From an uncultured Gemmataceae bacterium (GTDB lineage: Bacteria; Planctomycetota; Planctomycetia; Gemmatales; Gemmataceae): 64,000 nt of DNA. The stretch covers positions 2,784,001 through 2,848,000 of the forward strand of contig CAVVPN010000003.1 of NCBI GenBank assembly GCA_963750165.1. Reading direction: 5' to 3'. Position numbers and translations under genes: made by a program. Below, in pieces: positions 1 through 12,277 of the stretch (positions are counted from its first letter, which is position 1; each line of letters begins with the position of its first letter). The notes below the pieces were generated by a model that saw nothing but the letters and a program-made list of their open reading frames with translations, did no database searches and was not told where the DNA came from.

Positions 1-408
1 GCGTTGCGTGAAGACCTTGGCGGGGGTGCGGACCTCGCCGACCTTGCGGCCGTTCTGCAGCACCTCGGCGCGCTCGCCGCGCAGCGGCCCGCGGGCCAGG
101 GGTGTGACGTAAAAAACCACCCGGGCGGACGGCTCACCGGGGTCGAGGGATTGCTCGGCGGGCACCACCTGGGCGCCGGCCATGATTAGACGCACCTGCA
201 CCGGGCCGCCGCCTTCGCCGCCCTTACGCGTGCCTTTCCAGCCGACCTGCACGGGGTAGACCCGGTTGGGCCGCATACGTTTGTAGTAGCGGACGCGCAG
301 GGCCGGCAGGGTGACCGCGGCCTGCGCCCGGCGCGCTGTGTGCCCGCCCGGGACCGGATAATAGGGGTTTCGGGCATGACCAACTCTCCTGCTCAGGGTG
401 ACAGCCAT
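1..408 (-). CDS. Hypothetical protein, partial (runs off the left edge)
   Basis: Not in the ORF track. My translation from the ATG at 408 is open to position 1: MAVTLSRRVGHARNPYYP...RVRYYKRMRPNRVYPVQVGW...VQVRLIMAGAQVVPAEQSLDP...VVFYVTPLARGPLRGERAEVLQNGRKV. Divergent from the next gene. Confidence 0.65.
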   Translation of the reverse strand, partial: MAVTLSRRVGHARNPYYPVPGGHTARRAQAAVTLPALRVRYYKRMRPNRVYPVQVGWKGTRKGGEGGGPVQVRLIMAGAQVVPAEQSLDPGEPSARVVFYVTPLARGPLRGERAEVLQNGRKVGEVRTPAKVFTQR

Positions 409-690
409 GGGATGTTCTGCGCCGCCGCGCCCATACCATTCACAGGGCCCGCGGCCGGCCAGCGGCGCAGTCCAGACGCCAGGGACGGATGATGGGGAAG
501 ATTCTATCAATACGGACACCAGCGCAGCAAAGAAAAACCTTGCGATTTGCGTAATCTGTGCTGGTTGGCCTTCCCAACCTGCCGTCCGCGCGGCCTGGGA
601 GGATTGCCGGTCCCGCCCGTCGGCGTTTATAGTGATAGGGTGCCCGGCACCATCCATTCCCTTGTTCGTCCGTCACGGAGGCAGATTTTC

Positions 691-2076
691 ATGCGACCGC
701 GGTTGTCGATCCAACTGGTGGGCCTGCTCGCGTTGTTGCTGTGTGGCCTGTCCGCGTCGGTGGCGTCCGCCGACGACTGGCCGCAGTGGCTGGGGCCGAA
801 GCGCGATGGCGTATGGCGCGAACCCGGCTTGCTGACGAAGTTCCCAGCCGGCGGTCTCAAGCCGAAGTGGCGCACGCCCATCGGTGAAGGTTACGCCGGC
901 CCCGCCGTTTCCGGCCGCCGCGTCTTCGTCACCGATTTCATCCGCGACAAGGGCGCCGCCGCCCCCAAAAGCGGCTTCGACAAGGCGACCATCCCCGGCC
1001 GCGAGCGCGTCCTGTGCCTGGACGAGAGCAACGGCAAGGTGCTCTGGAAAAAGGAGTACCCGGTCGCTTACAAGGTTAGCTATGCCGCCGGGCCGCGGAC
1101 CACGCCGGTCGTCAGCGGCGGCAAGGTGTATACGCTCGGCACCATGGGCGACCTGCTCTGCCTGGATGCGCTGGACGGCACGATCCTTTGGCAGAAGAAC
1201 CTGCCGAAGGAGTATCAGTTCAAGGTGCCGCTCTGGGGCATGGCCGGCAGCCCGCTGATCGACGGCGACCGGCTCATCTGCTTGGTCGGCGGCAAGGGCA
1301 GCGTGGCGGTGGCGTTCAACAAGGACACTGGCAAGGAACTCTGGCGGGCGTTGTCGGCCAACCAGCCCGGCTACGCGCCGCCGATGATCTACGAGGCCGC
1401 CGGCAAACGGCAGCTGATTATCTGGCACCCCGAGTCGGTCAACGCATTGAACCCGGAGACGGGCGCGGTGTACTGGTCGGTGCCGTTCGGCAAGGACGAG
1501 CTGCCCAATGGCAAGCTCATGGTCAAGGCGGCGCTGTCGATCCCGACGCCGCGGGTGGACGGCGACCTGCTGTTCGTGACGGCGTTCTACGACGGCCCGC
1601 TGATGCTGAAGCTGAACCAGGACAAGCCGGGGGCGAAGGTGCTGTGGCGCGGCAAGGGCAAGGGCGAACAGCCGCGCCTGACCGACGGCCTGCACAGCAT
1701 CATGAGTACGCCGTGGCTGAAGGACGGCTACATTTACGGCGTGTGCAGCTACGGCGAGCTGCGCTGTCTGGAGGCGGCGACGGGCAAGCGGTTGTGGGCG
1801 ACGCACGCGGCGACCGGCGGCGAATCGCTGCGCTGGGCCAACGCTTTCCTGGTGCCGATGGGCGGCGACCGCTTCATCCTGTTCAACGAACAGGGCGACC
1901 TGATTCTGGCGAAGCTGACGCCGAAGGGTTACGAGGAGATCAGCCGGGCCAACATCCTGACGCCGACGAACGAGTTGGCGGGGCGGCCGGTGATCTGGTC
2001 GCACCCGGCGTTCGCGGATCGCTGCGTCTTCGCCCGCAACGATCGCGAGATCGTCTGCGTGTCGCTGGCCAAATAG
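691..2076 (+). CDS. Secreted PQQ-binding-like beta-propeller protein (BamB-like, planctomycete type)
   Basis: Signal peptide MRPRLSIQLVGLLALLLCGLSASVASA, then DDWPQWLGPKRDG, repeated CLDxxxGxxLW blades and a C-terminal WSHPAFADRCVFARND. GGAGG lies upstream of the ATG at 691. Confidence 0.88.
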   Translation: MRPRLSIQLVGLLALLLCGLSASVASADDWPQWLGPKRDGVWREPGLLTKFPAGGLKPKWRTPIGEGYAGPAVSGRRVFVTDFIRDKGAAAPKSGFDKATIPGRERVLCLDESNGKVLWKKEYPVAYKVSYAAGPRTTPVVSGGKVYTLGTMGDLLCLDALDGTILWQKNLPKEYQFKVPLWGMAGSPLIDGDRLICLVGGKGSVAVAFNKDTGKELWRALSANQPGYAPPMIYEAAGKRQLIIWHPESVNALNPETGAVYWSVPFGKDELPNGKLMVKAALSIPTPRVDGDLLFVTAFYDGPLMLKLNQDKPGAKVLWRGKGKGEQPRLTDGLHSIMSTPWLKDGYIYGVCSYGELRCLEAATGKRLWATHAATGGESLRWANAFLVPMGGDRFILFNEQGDLILAKLTPKGYEEISRANILTPTNELAGRPVIWSHPAFADRCVFARNDREIVCVSLAK

Positions 2077-2629
2077 TCATCAGTCATCAGTCATTCGTTT
2101 ACTGGGTTGGGGCGCCGGTATGTTGTACGGCGTCCCAACCCTTTAACGTCAACTCCCGACCCTTTCCGCTTTCCGCTCCTGTTTATCCTTCCAGGCGACT
2201 CCGAAAGGTGCGCTACTTTCCCTGGTGAACCTGAAAGTTCGCCGTTCTGACGCGGCTCCGCAACTCTCCTGCACGAAAGAGCCTGGTCATGGGAAAACGC
2301 TTGCCTACCGTGGTTCGCCGTCGCCGGTGTGGCGATGGTACTGGAGATCCTGGCAACGCACACGACCGCCGATCCGGCGGCCCAGGAAGTCAAGGGCCCC
2401 AGGCAGGTGCCCAAACTGGAACGGGAAGCTGGCAAAACGCGGAACTGGCACGCCAGGCACAGCAACGGCAAACGGCGGCATGGGACTTACGACTTCATCC
2501 TTATCCTGACCGACCCTGAGTAGAGTGAAGCCGTTCGGGTGGTGAACACCCACGGACTCACCATCTCGGGCTGGAGGTGGCGGTCTTCTCGACTTCGGAT
2601 TTCCTGACGTTCGGGTGAGCGTTACTGCT

Positions 2630-2669
2630 CCGTTTACGTTTCGCGCGATCCCACGCGAAACGTAAACGG
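2630..2669. repeat. REP-like palindrome family 1 (CCGTTTxCGTTTCGCG...CGCGAAACGxAAACGG); may also terminate typA
   Basis: Perfect 16-bp inverted repeat just downstream of typA. A related copy is at 7660-7715. Confidence 0.75.
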
Positions 2670-2690
2670 GTGTGCTGAGCCCGCAGCCGC

Positions 2691-4562
<1,872 letters not shown>

Positions 4563-4716
4563 GGTCCCTTGGGGAATCGTGAAAATAAATGGGATGGCGC
4601 CGGCGGCGCGGTCCCCTGGCCGGGCGCATACGAGTATTTATTGTATAAAGAAGGAGCGCGGCTTGAACAGCCCAGGGCGGCCCGCGGCGGCGTGAAACCT
4701 TGATGAAGGCCCCTTG

Positions 4717-4759
4717 CTCCCCTCACCCCTGCGGGGGAGAGGGGTTGGGGGTGAGGGGG
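4717..4759. repeat. CCCCTC/GAGGGG-type intergenic palindromic repeat
   Basis: ctcccctcacccctgcgggggagaggggttgggggtgagggg. A related hairpin, ctcccctcgcc...ggcgaggggag, is at 13164-13195. Confidence 0.55.
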
Positions 4760-4765
4760 AAACAC

Positions 4766-5287
4766 ATGGACCTGTACGTGATCCGGCACGCGGAAGCGGT
4801 GGCGCTGGGCGAACGCGGCATTACCGAGGACGCGGAACGGCCGCTGACGGAGCACGGCGCGCGGCAGGCGGCAGCACTGGGAGCCGGCCTGCCGCACGTG
4901 GGTGTGAAGCTGGACCTGGTGCTGACCAGCCCGCTGGTGCGCGCCCGGCAGACGGCGGATGGACTCGTCAAGCACTGGAACGGCACCCCGCCGGCGGTCG
5001 AGGCGTGCAACGCCCTGGCGCCGCACATCAAGCCGCGTAAACTGGCGCGGGCGCTGCTGGCGGCGGACAAGCAGTCCGTGGCCCTCGTTGGTCATGAGCC
5101 GAGCCTGAGCGAATGGACGGCGTGGTTGATCGGCAGCAAGAAGGCGCAGCTGGAACTGCAGAAGGCGGGGGTGGCGTGCGTGCGGGTGGACGGCGGCGTG
5201 TGCAAGGGGGCCGGGCAGCTGGCGTGGCTGGTGCCGCCAGAGTGGTTCCTGTCGGGCGCCAGCAGCGACCGCCCGGAGGTGAGGTGA
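4766..5287 (+). CDS. sixA: Phosphohistidine phosphatase SixA
   Basis: MDLYVIRHAEA (RH motif), RPLTEHG, LTSPLVRARQTA, LVGHEP. Confidence 0.9.
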   Translation: MDLYVIRHAEAVALGERGITEDAERPLTEHGARQAAALGAGLPHVGVKLDLVLTSPLVRARQTADGLVKHWNGTPPAVEACNALAPHIKPRKLARALLAADKQSVALVGHEPSLSEWTAWLIGSKKAQLELQKAGVACVRVDGGVCKGAGQLAWLVPPEWFLSGASSDRPEVR

Positions 5288-5401
5288 AGAGCGGCCCGCG
5301 GAAATGTTGCCGTGGTGCCAACATTTCAGTGGTTGGGTCGTTTAGCAGATTGGAATCCAATCCAAATTTGCATCGTCTACACCACTCCCAACGGGTGTCG
5401 C

Positions 5402-6908
5402 ATGAAGCGTTTCGGCCTGCTCAGCCTCGGGCTACTGACCCTGTTCCTGTGCTGCCCAACGACAGCCCAGACCGGCGGCGATCCAGTCGCCGATCTCGTC
5501 CAGAGCCTCGACGACGCCAGGGATAAGCCAGCCCAACTCAAGGCGCTCAAGGCGCTCGGCGCGTACGGCAACGCCGCCCGGACAGCCGTGCCGCTGGTGC
5601 GGCTGTTCCTGCGCGAAAAGGACGACGGCCTGGCCAACCAGGCGGCCCAGACCCTGGCGCAAATCGGCCGGCCCGCCGTGCCGCCGCTGGTCCAGTTGCT
5701 GACCGACAAGAACGCCAAACTGCGCCACCGTGCCGCCTGGGCGCTGAGCCTGTTGGGACCGGAAGGCAAGGACGCCGTGGCCGCCCTGGAGCAAGCGCTG
5801 ACGGACGACAACTCCGAGGTGCGCAGCCTGGCGGCCGCGGCGCTCGGCGAGATCGGGCCGGCGGCCCAGCCGGCGTGTGACCGCCTGGTGCGAACGCTGG
5901 CGGACCCCAACCCGAAGGTGCGGACGCAGGGCGCCCAGGCGCTGCGGCGGCTCGGCTCCGGGGCCGTGGCGGCACTCGGCAAGGCGTTGTCCGACGAACA
6001 GCCGGCCGTCCGGCAAGGTGCCGCCCAGGTTCTGGCGCTGCTCGGCTCCGAGGCGAAGACGGCCGTGCCGCAGTTGACCGAGGCGGTCAAGGATACCGAC
6101 TCGGGCGTGCGTCTGGCCGCAGTGGGAGGCGCTGGGGGCGGTCGGTCCTGAGGCGAAAACCGCCGTGCCCACCCTGATTGAGTCCCTTCGGGTCAAACAC
6201 TTGCAAACGCAGTTGCAGGCGTACTCCGCTCTGTTGCTGATCGTCAAGGACGACCCCGAGGCGCTGGCGAACACCCTCCGTGAGGTGTCCCTGCAGACGC
6301 GCTGGGCGACACCTTATCTGCTGCCGCAGTTCGGCCCCCGGGCCAAGGACGCCGTCCAGCCGCTCATCAAACTGCTGGAGGATCCCGACCTTAACGTCCG
6401 CGTGACCTCGGCAATCGCCCTCGGCAACCTGGGTTCGCCGACGGCCGCAGAAGCCGTGCCGGCTTTGATCAAATGCCTGAATGACCCGGAGCCTCCTGTC
6501 CGTATGAGCGCCGCGGCTGCCCTGGCCGCGATGGACCCGCCAAACCTCCAGCAAGCCGGCATGTCCCCCCGGCGGAGTGAGGCTTTCACGGCCCTGGAAA
6601 AAGCCGCCTTTCAGGTCGAACAGGTGTACATCGCCTCCCAGAATCGGCTGGCCCAGTTGACCGGCGGCAGGCCGTTGTTGAACCCCGCAGCCCTCTCCGA
6701 TCCGGTGCTCCAGGGTCAATACAACTACATCGTCAACACGTTCATCGTGGCCCTGAATTTTTACCCCTACAACAAGGGCGAATGTAGTAAACTGATCCCC
6801 ATCCAGCAGGCCGCCAGGAGCGTGCTGATGAAGCTCGGTCCGGAAGCGACGCCAGCGCTGGTTCGCGGGCTGAATTACGTGGGTCGTTACAACATTGGTT
6901 TTACCTGA
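5402..6908 (+). CDS. Secreted HEAT/PBS-lyase repeat protein (1-nt frameshift near 6125)
   Basis: Signal peptide MKRFGLLSLGLLTLFLCCPTTA and repeats of VRxxAAxALGxIGPxAxxAVPxLxxxLxD. Removing one G in gtgggag joins ...VRLAAV to EALGAVGPEAKTAVPTLIE. Ends in a TGA that is in frame with the next ORF. Confidence 0.8.
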
Positions 6909-6920
6909 CCGCTTCACACC

Positions 6921-7624
6921 ATGCAGAATTCTCTGCTGAGCGCCGTGCGCGCTTCCAGTTCTCCGGTCCTGTACAAATACGTTCTGCAAAACCTTGGCCA
7001 GGGCGTTCCCTCGCAGTCCACCGTCGGCTCGATCATTCACCAGGCCCGACAATTCCTCGCCGCGGACCTGTACAGGGGCCATGCGCCCATCCCGAAGCAG
7101 CACCACCCGGCGGCCATGGCCCGGCTGATTCAGCAACAGTCCCTGGCGCAACTCCGCCAGCAACAGCAGCAACTCCGGCAAGCGGCACAACTGCTGGCCC
7201 AGCAGCGGCAGCAACTGCTGGCCCAGCAACTGGAAAAATGGTGGCGCGACCAGAACCAGCGCAAGAGGCGCTGGAACGCTGCGTGCATGAACTGTGGCTG
7301 CTCGACACCGACGAGTTGCGGTTGCGCCTGGTGGACGAGCGACCGATGGTCCGCTGGGTGACGGTTCAGGTCATCGCCCTGCGACGGCTGCCGCTGGAGG
7401 TCGATCTGATCGATCTGTTGTCGGACAAGTCCCCCGAGGTGAGCCAGGCGGCGCGGCAGGGGCTCGTGCGCCTGAGCCGTGGCTGCGACTTCGGGCCGTC
7501 GCCCCAGGCCACGGCGGCGCAGCGCACCCAGGCGCTTGCCGCGTGGCGGCGCTGGCTGGCGCGGCAGGATCCACCGCCGGCACCGTCTTCTCCGGGCGAG
7601 CCGAAAACGATCGTCATGCCGTGA
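6921..7624 (+). CDS. Gln-rich plus HEAT-like protein (frameshift near 7236); possibly the C-terminal part of the upstream HEAT protein
   Basis: Adding one A to the A5 run at 7234-7238 joins ...QQLEK to MVARPEPAQE...LIDLLSDKSPEVSQAARQGLVRLSRGCDFGP...WRRW. Confidence 0.65.
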
Positions 7625-7659
7625 AAGCGTCTTGCGTTTCGCTTCCCGCTGCTTATAAC

Positions 7660-7715
7660 GGACCCCGTTTCCGTTTCGCGTGGACTGCCACCCGCGCGAA
7701 ACGGAAACGGGGTCC
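7660..7715. repeat. REP-like palindrome family 1
   Basis: 21-bp perfect inverted repeat ggaccccgtttccgtttcgcg / cgcgaaacggaaacggggtcc. Confidence 0.75.
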
Positions 7716-7747
7716 TGGTGTTCGCCCGCATGTCTGAGAGAACTTCT

Positions 7748-8605
7748 ATGCCGTTGTTCGGAGCCCACCTGTCGATTGCCGGCGGTCTGCACAACGCCCT
7801 GCTCGCGGCCCAGAAGCTCCAGTGCGGCACCGTTCAGCTCTTCACCAAGAACAACAACCAGTGGCAGGGCAAGCCGCTCAGCGCGGACGCCATCGCTACC
7901 TTCCGCCGCGTCCTCCGGCAGACGCGCCTGCGCCACGCCACGGCCCACGACTGCTACCTCATCAACCTCGCCTCGCCCAACGCCGCGCTGTACCGCCGCT
8001 CCGTGGAGGCGTTCGTCGAGGAGGTATGCCGCGCCGAGGCGCTCGGCCTGGCGTACCTGGTGACGCACCCCGGCGCGGCGACCGACGGCGATGAGCAGCG
8101 CGGCCTGGAGCGCGTCGCGGCAGCGCTCAATGAGACGCACCGCCGCTGTCCGAACTTCCGTGTGCGGGTCCTGCTGGAAACGACCGCCGGCCAGGGCACC
8201 AGCCTCGGCCACCGCTTCGAGCACCTGGCGCACATTCTGACGCAGCTCGCGGAGCCCGATCGCGTCGGCGTCTGTCTCGATACCTGCCACGTCTTTGCCG
8301 CCGGCTACGCACTGGCGCCGCGCGCGGAGTACCAGGCGACGCTGCGGAGTTTCGACAAACTCATCGGTCTGAAGCGACTGCGTTGCTTTCATCTCAACGA
8401 CAGCCTCAAGCCGTTCGGCAGCCGCGTTGATCGGCATGCCCACATCGGCCGTGGCCACCTCGGCCTGGAGCCGTTCCGCCTGCTGGTCAACGACCGCCGC
8501 TTCCGTGGCCGGCCCATGATCCTGGAAACGCCCAAGGAGGAGGGCGACAACCACGACATGGATACCGTCAACCTGGCGGCGCTGCGCGGGTTGGTCGAGC
8601 TTTAA
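7748..8605 (+). CDS. nfo: Endonuclease IV (AP endonuclease)
   Basis: GAHLSIAGG, QLFTKN, HDCYLINLAS, THPG, LLETTAGQG, CLDTCHVFAAGY, HLNDS, DRHAHIG and ILETP (the Zn ligands are present). Confidence 0.96.
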   Translation: MPLFGAHLSIAGGLHNALLAAQKLQCGTVQLFTKNNNQWQGKPLSADAIATFRRVLRQTRLRHATAHDCYLINLASPNAALYRRSVEAFVEEVCRAEALGLAYLVTHPGAATDGDEQRGLERVAAALNETHRRCPNFRVRVLLETTAGQGTSLGHRFEHLAHILTQLAEPDRVGVCLDTCHVFAAGYALAPRAEYQATLRSFDKLIGLKRLRCFHLNDSLKPFGSRVDRHAHIGRGHLGLEPFRLLVNDRRFRGRPMILETPKEEGDNHDMDTVNLAALRGLVEL

Positions 8606-8750
8606 ACGAGAACGTGTTGCAGGCGGCTGTAGCGGTCCTGGTATTGAGCCCCGAAGAGGCGACCCGGCGGCGCTCCCAACCGGCGCAGGGATTGCAGGAA
8701 TTTGTCCTACAATGACCGCAGCGCCCGCACCCCATCAACAGGAGCGTCCG

Positions 8751-10676
8751 ATGGCCAGGAAAAAGCGCCCGTCCGACGGCGACCGACGGAAGAAGCGTCG
8801 CCAGCCGAAGCCGACCCCGAAACCGCCGGCTCCGCTCGACCTCCCCGACCGCCGCGCAATGGAGGGCGCGATGCGGGAAATCGCGGCCCAGCTGAGTGGC
8901 CGAAGCCACCCCGTTGACACGCCGCTGGGCCGGGCCGAGGCGCTCGTCCAGCAGGCGTTCCGCGAGCGCAGCCCGGAACGCCGCGCTCAACTGGCCCGGG
9001 ACGCGCTGGCCCTCAGTCCCGATTGCGCCGACGCCTATGTCCTGCTGGCGGAACAAACCCCCCGCCGCAAGGAAGCCCTGAAACTGTACGAGCAGGGCGT
9101 CGCCGCTGGCGAGCGTGCCCTCGGATCGGAGCGGTTTCAGGAGGCCGTCGGCCACTTCTGGGGCGTCCTCGAAACGCGGCCGTACATGCGTGCCCGGGAG
9201 GGACTGGCCCAGGTCCTGTGGACCTCCGGCCGCCGCAACGAGGCCGTGCGACACCTGCAAGAGATGCTGCGGCTGAACCCGAACGACAACCAGGGCCTGC
9301 GCTACACGCTGGCTGGCTGGCTGCTGTTCCTGGACCGCGATGCCGAGCTGGAAGCCCTGCTGCGGCAGTTCGACGACGACGGCATGGCGGCCTGGGCGTA
9401 CACACGGGCGCTGCTCGCCTTCCGGAAGCACGGCGACACGCTGGAGGCTCGCCAACTGCTCAAGCAGGCGAAGAAGGCCAACAAGTATGTGCCGGACTAC
9501 CTGCTCGGCCGCAAGTTCCCGCCGGAGCAACAGCCGCCCCACTACGGCCTGGGCGACGAGAACGAGGCCCTGATCTACGTCGCCGGCTTCCTGGCCGGCT
9601 GGAAGGGCACGCCGGGCGCGGTAGCCTGGCTGCGGGCCAACGACGCGAAGGTCAAGAAACACAAGGAAAAAGCACCCCAGGCCCGCGGGCCGCTCGATCT
9701 CGTCAAGAAGTGGCTGACGGACAAACTGCCGCAGGTCGAGGACGTGTGGCAGGCGGATTGCCGTCGGTTTCCCAAATGGGTCAACGCTGGTGGCGAGCCG
9801 GTGCGGCCGTGGGTCATCATGGCGCTGAACCGCACCAATAACCTGGTGCTGGGCCATCAGATCGTGGAGGCGGCGCCCACCGCGGCGCTGCTCTGGGACA
9901 CGCTGGTGCAGGCGATGCAGCACCCGCCCGCCGGCAAGCCGCACCGGCCCCGCGAACTCCAGGTCCGCGCCGACGAGCGCTGGGAAACGTTGCGGCCGCA
10001 CTTCGAGCAGGTCGGCATTCAGTTGGTGGTGACTGCCGAACTTGACCGGCTGGACGAGGCGTTCGCGGGGATGCTTGAGCACGTGATCGGGCCGGTCGAG
10101 CCGGGGTTGCTGGACGTGTCCGGCGTGACGCCGGAGCAGGCGGCCCGGTTTTACGAGGCTGCGGCGTACTTCTACCGGCAGGCGCCGTGGAAGAAAGTTG
10201 GCTACGAGTCGGCGATCAAGATCGAGTGCGACCGAATTGAGGGTGGGCCGTGGTACGGCGTGCTCATGGGCCAGTCGGGCCTGACCATCGGCCTGGCGCT
10301 GTACGAGGACTTGAAGCTGCTGCGCGGCATGTGGAGTGAGGAGCGCGACGACGAGGATAACGCCCGGCGGACGGTGGCGACGACCGTGACCTTCGGCGAC
10401 GAGTACGAGACGCCGGTGGCCGACATCGACGCGGCGCGGCGGCACGGTTGGCCGGTGGCGCGGCCGGACGCCTATCCGACGGCCATCCACAAGGGTCGCG
10501 GCATGTCGATGCGGCCGCCGAAGGCGGTGGAGTTGGAGTTGCTGGAGGGCTGTCTGCGGGCGGTGCCGGAGTTCGTGATGAAGCGCGACCAGGATGACCC
10601 GACGCCGGAGACGTTCACGGTGCCGGTGGCGTCGGGGCCGCTGCGGCTGACGCTGGCGTGGGTGGTGGACGAGTAA
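8751..10676 (+). CDS. TPR-containing conserved hypothetical protein with two C-terminal domains of unknown function
   Basis: AGGAG RBS before the ATG at 8751. TPR-like region ALALSPDCADAYVLLAE...FWGVLETRPYMRAR...MLRLNPNDNQGLRY; C-terminal FYRQAPWK...VLMGQSG..GLALY. Confidence 0.8.
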   Translation: MARKKRPSDGDRRKKRRQPKPTPKPPAPLDLPDRRAMEGAMREIAAQLSGRSHPVDTPLGRAEALVQQAFRERSPERRAQLARDALALSPDCADAYVLLAEQTPRRKEALKLYEQGVAAGERALGSERFQEAVGHFWGVLETRPYMRAREGLAQVLWTSGRRNEAVRHLQEMLRLNPNDNQGLRYTLAGWLLFLDRDAELEALLRQFDDDGMAAWAYTRALLAFRKHGDTLEARQLLKQAKKANKYVPDYLLGRKFPPEQQPPHYGLGDENEALIYVAGFLAGWKGTPGAVAWLRANDAKVKKHKEKAPQARGPLDLVKKWLTDKLPQVEDVWQADCRRFPKWVNAGGEPVRPWVIMALNRTNNLVLGHQIVEAAPTAALLWDTLVQAMQHPPAGKPHRPRELQVRADERWETLRPHFEQVGIQLVVTAELDRLDEAFAGMLEHVIGPVEPGLLDVSGVTPEQAARFYEAAAYFYRQAPWKKVGYESAIKIECDRIEGGPWYGVLMGQSGLTIGLALYEDLKLLRGMWSEERDDEDNARRTVATTVTFGDEYETPVADIDAARRHGWPVARPDAYPTAIHKGRGMSMRPPKAVELELLEGCLRAVPEFVMKRDQDDPTPETFTVPVASGPLRLTLAWVVDE

Positions 10677-10680
10677 CGAC

Positions 10681-10775
10681 AGAACATCTTGGCGAGCGGG
10701 GTCGCGTCAGCGCCCCGTGCCTGCCTCCGCTGGGCACACGGGGCGCTGACGCGACCCCGCTCACCAAGATGTTCT
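10681..10775. repeat. Long REP/MITE-like inverted repeat family 2 between convergent genes
   Basis: 39-bp arms (agaacatcttggcgagcggggtcgcgtcagcgccccgtg) with one mismatch. An internally deleted copy is at 48887-48938. Confidence 0.8.
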
Positions 10776-10797
10776 ACCAAACAAAGCAAACCCCCGT

Positions 10798-12140
10798 TTA
10801 CAAATCCGCCTGCACCAGTCGCTCGGGCCGGCCGACGCGCTGCAGCAGCGCCTCCGCCGCGAGATAGCCGCTGCGCACCGCTCCTTCCATGGTGGCCGGC
10901 CAGCCCGTCGCGGTCCAGTCGCCGGCCACGAACAGGTTGTCCAGTGGCGAGCGCTGCGACGGTCGCCAGCGGTCCACGTCCGGCACGGCGCTGAAGGTCG
11001 CGGCGTGCTCGGTCACCACCCGCGCCCGCCGCACTGCCGCCGCCTGTGCCGCCGGGAACAACTGCCGCAACTCGCCGACGATGCGCCGCTCCACCGCCTC
11101 ACGCCCCAGCCCGCGGAACTGCCGCGCCGCGCTGACTACCACCTGCAAATACTGGCCGTCCGCGTCGCCGCCGCGGTTGAAGACCCACTGCCCGACGCAA
11201 TCGACCAGCACCGCGTGCGGCAGCGTCAGCACCGGCCGGTCGAACCACACATGCACACTGGTGATCGGTGACGTTTCCAGGCGGTGGAGGTTGTGAAAGT
11301 AAGGCTCCGCGTCCACCACGGCCGGCGGCAGCAGATCCAGCAACCGCTCAAACGGCACGGCGCTGACGTACCAGTCCGCCGTCAGCGTTTCGCCCTGGCG
11401 CATCTCCAACCCGCTTACCCGGCCCTGTTCAACGGCGAAGCGCCGGCCGCCGCGCTGCACGTGCAGTTCGACCTGCTGGCAGTCCAGCCAGCCGCGGAGT
11501 TCCGGGCCGTAGAGACGGCCGAGCGGCACTGTGGGCAACTCGACCTCGAAGCCGCGCGGGTGACGCAGGAAACCGTCCACGAACACCTTGCGGGCGTAGC
11601 GCAGGCCGATGCGGTCGGGGCTCTCGTTAAGGGCGCTGATGAGCACCAGGCCCCAGAAGCGCTCGACAGCGCGGCGCTCTGGCGGTGTTGTCGCAGCCAG
11701 TCGTGGAACGGCGGATCGTCGTCCGGCGGCGTGCGCTGCAGACAGGCCAGGCCGTAGGCGATGCGTACCTTGTCGGCGAGCGGCAGGTAGTGGGCGGCGG
11801 CGAAGCTGCGCAGCAGGTGCAGCGGCGCGGGCCAGGGGTCGGCGGCGAATTTGCTGACGCGGCGGTCGGGCGTGAGGAAGTACAGGCACTGTTGCGGTCG
11901 CAGCAGGTGGGCGACGCCGACGGTGCGGCAGAAGTGGGCGTAGTTGGTGCAGCAGCCCATGCTGACGTGCTGGCAGGTGTCGATGAGCTGACCGGTGGCG
12001 GCGTCGTGGAAGGAGCCAGCCCGGCCGCCGAGGCGGTCGCGCGCCTCCAGCAGCGTGACGCGGAAGCCGCGCGGCGCCAGCGCCGTCGCCGCCGCCAGCC
12101 CGGCGAGGCCGCCACCCAGGATGAGCACCCGCTCCGCCAT
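10798..12140 (-). CDS. hpnE: Hydroxysqualene dehydroxylase HpnE (FAD-dependent; frameshift near 11673)
   Basis: GGGLAGLAAA...LEARDRLGGRAGS, DTCQHVSMGCCTN, FWGLVLISALNE and AGDWTATGWPATMEGAVRSG. One missing C (gcc[c]gc) joins the two ORF-track halves. Downstream of hpnC-hpnD. Confidence 0.9.
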
Positions 12141-12160
12141 CGGTTCATCTCAAAAAATTA

Positions 12161-12267
12161 TTCACCACAAAGACTCAAAGGAACACAAAGGAAAGGCAAA
12201 GGAGAGCAACAAATTGCTCTTTTTCTCTCTTTGTCTTCTTTGTGTTCCTTTGTGTCTTTGTGGTGAA
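12161..12267. repeat. AT-rich MITE-like inverted repeat (TTCACCACAAAG...CTTTGTGGTGAA) between hpnD and hpnE
   Basis: 30-bp near-perfect terminal inverted repeats built of short CACAAAG-like units. Sharply lower GC than its surroundings. Confidence 0.75.
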
Positions 12268-12277
12268 CTCCTCTTCG

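Noticed and set aside
2076..2095. (GTCATCA)x3 microrepeat after the propeller gene
   Set aside because: It is too short to assign any function.
2289..2620. Possible degraded secreted-protein gene (MGKRLPT / WFAVAGVAMVLEILATHTTADP...)
   Set aside because: It needs a frameshift, hits a stop after about 75 codons and resembles no family I recognise, so it cannot be supported as a feature.
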